The translations under genes were made by a program, and so were the position numbers. From contig JAFSVJ010000028.1 of NCBI GenBank assembly GCA_017445025.1, positions 95,752 through 159,751 on the forward strand: DNA of 64,000 bases. The letters run 5' to 3'. Each line of letters opens with the position of its first letter. The first letter of the stretch is position 1. Below the pieces are notes generated by a model. The model was given only the letters and a program-made list of their open reading frames with translations. It searched no databases and was not told the DNA's origin. Origin of the DNA: Abditibacteriota bacterium (GTDB lineage: Bacteria > Armatimonadota > UBA5829). Shown here in pieces: positions 60,132-64,000 of the stretch.

Positions 60132-60821
60132 TTACTTTTTCTTAGAAATATCCGATCTTTCTTTTTCGGTGATATAACCACCCTTTACCATTTCTCTCAA
60201 AACTTTGTCCTGTCTTTGTAGGCATAAATCTTTATTTACTTTTGGGGAATACTTTGACGGTGCATTTGGAACTCCCACCAAAATGGTGCACTCATTTAGG
60301 TCAAGGTCCTTCGGCTTCTTATTAAAATAACCCTTTGAAGCCTCATAAATGCCTGTATACCCGCTTCCGTAATAAATGCAATTCACATATATTTCCAACA
60401 CTTCTTCTTTACTGTAATCTCTTTCAATCTTTAATGCCATTAATATCTCGGCCACCTTTCTCTTTACAGTATAGTCTAAAGGGAAATATAAATTCTTTGC
60501 CAATTGTTGGGATATGGTTGAGCCTCCCTCCTTCAACTTTCTCCCCTTCAGGTTTACATAGACTGCTCTGCCGGACCCTATTAAATCCAAACCATTGTGA
60601 ACATAATACCGCCTGTCCTCTGTTGCTATTAAAGCATTAAAATACATTTTCGGTATATCAGAATATTTGGTGTAATGGGGTTCCTGCTTTAAAGCTTCTA
60701 TCTTTTTATCCAATGGATCGTTTTTGAGAGTATCTATATATAAATTATAACCGGGGATAATTAATAAATAAATACCATATAATATCCCCATAATTATAAT
60801 TAAACTTAATAACCTTTTCAT
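60132..60821 (-). CDS. mtgA: Monofunctional biosynthetic peptidoglycan transglycosylase (GT51)
   Basis: 'ATEDRRYYVHNGLD…GGSTISQQLAKNLY'. Confidence 0.85.
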   Translation of the reverse strand: MKRLLSLIIIMGILYGIYLLIIPGYNLYIDTLKNDPLDKKIEALKQEPHYTKYSDIPKMYFNALIATEDRRYYVHNGLDLIGSGRAVYVNLKGRKLKEGGSTISQQLAKNLYFPLDYTVKRKVAEILMALKIERDYSKEEVLEIYVNCIYYGSGYTGIYEASKGYFNKKPKDLDLNECTILVGVPNAPSKYSPKVNKDLCLQRQDKVLREMVKGGYITEKERSDISKKK

Positions 60822-61103
60822 AACTTTTTTATTGAATTTAATCTCAAATTTCTCTAATAAATATTTATACGAAAAAGAAAAAAAATAGTTCCCAAATAAT
60901 TAAAAAAAAAGGCAGGGGCGAGCCTTGAAATAATCTATAAAATTAGATCTGAAACCTAAAACCTATTCCCAAAAAGTCAAAGGTCCATCCCGCAAAATGC
61001 TTTCTACTCCCCTATTCGTGAAGCTAAAATTACAGACAGCAATAAAACAAGGGACCCTCTAAAATCAGAATATAAAAAAGTTCCCATAAAATATGGGAAC
61101 CTT

Positions 61104-61179
61104 TGGAGCCAACAGGGAGGGTCGAACTCCCGACCTGAGCTTTACGAAAGCCCTGCTCTGCCAACTGAGCTATGTTGGC
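61104..61179 (-). tRNA. tRNA-Thr (anticodon CGT), with CCA encoded
   Basis: Manual cloverleaf: acceptor GCCAACA/TGTTGGC, D-arm GCTC…GAGC, anticodon stem GGGCT/AGCTC with loop TTCGTAA, T-arm GGGAG-TTCGACC-CTCCC, CCA end. Confidence 0.85.
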
Positions 61180-61226
61180 AAAAAACATCCCTCTGATAAG
61201 TAGAGGGAATTGTTTACTGATTTCTA

Positions 61227-61676
61227 TTAATTGTTTTTAAATTCTTGACCGTTGCCTAAGTAAAATTGTTCCGCATAAACGGAATTTACACTTGAAACAT
61301 AATAGTTTTCATACTTTGCGGGCTTTTTGGTATTCATTGACACCAAATTGGCAGATAATACCACAACAACCAACAAACCCATACCAACGCAGAGACCTGC
61401 TTTCACAGGATTATGACCATAGCCAAAGAGAAAGTCAAACAAAGAAGGCTTAACTGCTTCCTCATCCAATCTTGCGTTAACTCTTTCCCTTATATTGGGT
61501 GGTTCCGGAACATTAACCTCCGGATTCAGTAGTGCCCTTATAGCTCTGTGATCAGCGTAAGCCTTTCTGCAAGAGGCACACACGCTTAAATGTTCTCTTA
61601 ACTCTCTCTCTTCTGATTTTGAGAGTTTTTCAAAGAGATTTTTACTTTCTATTTCATTAAATCTTGCACAATTCAT
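61227..61676 (-). CDS. Anti-sigma factor (zinc-finger, ChrR/RsrA-like N-terminus plus one transmembrane segment)
   Basis: 'HLSVCASCRKAYADH'. Immediately downstream of an ECF sigma gene. Confidence 0.6.
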   Translation of the reverse strand: MNCARFNEIESKNLFEKLSKSEERELREHLSVCASCRKAYADHRAIRALLNPEVNVPEPPNIRERVNARLDEEAVKPSLFDFLFGYGHNPVKAGLCVGMGLLVVVVLSANLVSMNTKKPAKYENYYVSSVNSVYAEQFYLGNGQEFKNN

Positions 61677-61746
61677 ATTATTAAACCTATTTAAACATAT
61701 TAATCCATATATAAATACTTTCTATTTTTGGGAATTGTTCCATAAT

Positions 61747-62328
61747 TTACCTAAAATCTGCTAATTTTTCTTCAAGGGCGGCTTTGGCACGGTTAATACG
61801 ACTTTTTACTGTTCCCACAGGAACATTTAATTTCTCGGCAATTTCTTCATAACCCAAACCCTCTTGAAAATACAACTTAATGGGAGTGGATTGGATTTCC
61901 GGAAGAGTCTCTACTATAGCCCAAATCTCCTTGCTTCTCTCCTCGCTTTCAACAGTCTCTTCCGGATTAAGAGCATCATCCCCTATTTCTCTTTGAATAG
62001 TGCCATCATCGGTTTCAATATCCGAATCAAGAGAAGCATAGTCAAACTTTTTATTGGCTTTTAACCTGTCTATATAAACATTTTTAACAATTGTAAAAAG
62101 CCATGAAGAAAAATTACAATCATTTCTAAAACTGGCAATAGCTTTAAAGGCACGAATAAATGCCTCAATTGTTATATCTGAGGCCTCTTCGTAATTCTTA
62201 TTTTTTAGTAAACCGAGAGCAAAACCATAGACTTGTTTCTCATGAATAGACATTAAATCATCAAAAGCTCGCCTGTCTCCTCGTTTACATTTTCTTATCA
62301 ATAATTGTAATTTCGGGTTGTCTGCCAT
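61747..62328 (-). CDS. RNA polymerase ECF (sigma-70 family) sigma factor
   Basis: Region 2 'HEKQVYGFALGLL', region 4 'YEEIAEKLNVPVGTVKSRINRAKAAL'. Confidence 0.85.
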   Translation of the reverse strand: MADNPKLQLLIRKCKRGDRRAFDDLMSIHEKQVYGFALGLLKNKNYEEASDITIEAFIRAFKAIASFRNDCNFSSWLFTIVKNVYIDRLKANKKFDYASLDSDIETDDGTIQREIGDDALNPEETVESEERSKEIWAIVETLPEIQSTPIKLYFQEGLGYEEIAEKLNVPVGTVKSRINRAKAALEEKLADFR

Positions 62329-62350
62329 TTTTCTGCTTTATACTTAATAT

Positions 62351-62803
62351 TTATTGAGTCACAGCATTTTTAAGAGCTATAATATCTTCTTCTTGCAGTT
62401 CCTTATCACTACCATCTTTATCTACTTTTATACAATAAAATCTGGAAATTTCTCTTGTAAACATTCCTCTTATAATAACTCCCTTATTCTCTTCGTTTAA
62501 AAGAGCCAGTGAGAAACTCTGGGCACCACCAGTATCCGCCACATCATATCTGTGTATTCCGATTTTCTTTATGGGAGATTTAGCATCCTTCTCTAACAAA
62601 GCAACTTTTGCCTTCAAAGTATTAATCTCTGCTTCTTTAATCTCTAAAATCTCCATAAGATTTTCTACTTGAGATACTATTTCGTCCGGCGTCCCCTCTT
62701 CAAGCTTCAATCTGCGATATTTGTAAAGCTTTGAAACCTGAATATGAATAACCAATAAGTATAATACCATTATACAAATCAATATAGTAAGAAAAATATT
62801 CAT
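62351..62803 (-). CDS. Membrane-anchored hypothetical protein (DUF4446-like?)
   Basis: Transmembrane segment plus coiled coil. Start placed at the internal 'MNIFLTIL'. Confidence 0.35.
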   Translation of the reverse strand: MNIFLTILICIMVLYLLVIHIQVSKLYKYRRLKLEEGTPDEIVSQVENLMEILEIKEAEINTLKAKVALLEKDAKSPIKKIGIHRYDVADTGGAQSFSLALLNEENKGVIIRGMFTREISRFYCIKVDKDGSDKELQEEDIIALKNAVTQ

Positions 62804-62929
62804 ATATATCCCTTTGTTGTTTTTTTTAACATACACATAATTATTATACCACAAATGCAATAATTTATTCAAGTTGTAATTTAACTCTAAATATGATATA
62901 ATATTATTGAAATATATAATTAAGGAAAT

Positions 62930-64000
62930 ATGATGAACTACATAGGCAATTTTTCAAAAACTCACACAAAAGTATATCCTGTATCTTTAAAAAATGTTAA
63001 AGTTAAAGGATACTTAGGAGATATAATTAATAAAAATGTTGAAAGTATATACAAAGGATTTGAATCCAACATAGGAGAATTATTTAAATTTTACAAAAAC
63101 GGAACTCCCCTATCAGATTTCCATAAACGTTTGGCTGCGGAAAGTGACTTCTTCAAACTTATGGAAGGAGCCTGTTATGCATATATTTACACACAAGATG
63201 AAAATCTTAAAAATCTCATTTATGAACATACTGAATATATGCTTTCAAAACAGGAAGAAGACGGTTTTATTCTTCACAACAAGGAAAGATTTGACAAAAA
63301 TGTTAACCACGACCTTTACATTTTAGGTCACTACTTAGAGTTTGTAGTAGCTCATTACGAAGCTTTTGGTGAAGATTTTATTATCAAATCCGGAAAGAAA
63401 TGGATAGATACAATCATTGAGGCAGAAAAAGCCGGTAATGATTATTTTGAAGATTTATGTGACAGAGAACACCCTGAAATAGAAGTTGCTTTAGTTCGTT
63501 TTGCAAGAGTGACCAAAGATAATAAATATTTGGATTTTGCAATTAAAATCATAAAAAAATACATAATAGAAGCCGAACTTAAAGATTGCAAAACCGGTGG
63601 CGGACACAGACATGTTGTCAGAACAAATTACTTATTTATGGGTATTCTTGAAGCATATTTAGAAACCGGTGATGAAAGTCTCTTCAAATACATAGAAGGT
63701 CTTGTAAATGAAATCATAGATACAAGGATCTATATCTGCGGCGGAGGAGGATACAGAGAGGCATACCCTGCCACTGCTTATGAGCTACCACAAGAAGGGA
63801 ACATTGCAGAAACCTGTGGCTCCGTATCCCTTTCAATGTTACTTTGGAGATTATTCCAAATAAATCCAAATTCCAAATATCTTAACACTTTAGAGCGTGT
63901 ATTTCACAACCACCTTATAGGAGCTCTAAATAAGGAGCAAGATGGAATTTACTATTACAATCCTATTCGTTCTACTGCAGGTTCAAGAAGCGATTTTGAC
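62930..64000 (+). CDS. Glycoside hydrolase family 127-like (DUF1680, beta-L-arabinofuranosidase family) protein; the 3' end is cut by the window edge. Not in the ORF track.
   Basis: The open frame starts at MMNYIGNF and runs to the window end. It contains 'IAETCGSVS', which matches the GH127 catalytic-Cys region (E-T-C). Confidence 0.5.
   Translation, partial: MMNYIGNFSKTHTKVYPVSLKNVKVKGYLGDIINKNVESIYKGFESNIGELFKFYKNGTPLSDFHKRLAAESDFFKLMEGACYAYIYTQDENLKNLIYEHTEYMLSKQEEDGFILHNKERFDKNVNHDLYILGHYLEFVVAHYEAFGEDFIIKSGKKWIDTIIEAEKAGNDYFEDLCDREHPEIEVALVRFARVTKDNKYLDFAIKIIKKYIIEAELKDCKTGGGHRHVVRTNYLFMGILEAYLETGDESLFKYIEGLVNEIIDTRIYICGGGGYREAYPATAYELPQEGNIAETCGSVSLSMLLWRLFQINPNSKYLNTLERVFHNHLIGALNKEQDGIYYYNPIRSTAGSRSDFD

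Overview
The window is AT-rich bacterial DNA (background roughly 30-35% GC) in which housekeeping operons alternate with accessory cassettes and repeat-dense intergenic regions. The housekeeping genes I recognise are rpmH-rnpA-yidD-yidC-jag-mnmE, the riboflavin operon rpe-ribD-ribE-ribBA-ribH, aroA-aroC, dxr, glmM, nnr, grpE, hydE/hydG-like radical-SAM genes, one tRNA-Thr and an ECF sigma/anti-sigma pair. Three times the same module recurs: a GntR-type regulator divergently paired with a secreted protein that combines a prepilin-type N-terminal cleavage/methylation domain with a C-terminal H-X9-DG motif, followed by secreted glycoside-hydrolase-like proteins (a GH38 alpha-mannosidase and a GH127-like gene also lie elsewhere). 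This family is typical of the Planctomycetes/Verrucomicrobia/Lentisphaerae group. Each copy of the module has a consensus extended -10 promoter, a distinct palindrome just downstream of it, a strong AGGAGG ribosome-binding site and a rho-independent terminator. Reading the intergenic DNA directly gave the most unusual signals. A ~215-220 bp MITE-like element is present in three copies, two of them flanked by unusually long 70-85 bp direct duplications of gene junctions that leave both neighbouring genes intact. A nitroreductase gene is bracketed by ~180-230 bp inverted repeats built from the same end module. A C/G-clamped double-hairpin element occurs in five copies, always in the same orientation, with compensatory stem changes. 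Further repeat families include AATCAAAAATCAAAA-ended elements and GTGGTG...CACCAC hairpins. An IS element with ~40 bp terminal inverted repeats lies next to a cluster of tiny Cys-rich genes. A GC-rich, G/C-run-rich 500 bp spacer sits inside the otherwise conserved rnpA-yidD/yidC operon. No CRISPR array or rRNA was seen. All functional calls come from recognisable motifs in the translations and from sequence comparison within the window; nothing was searched against databases.
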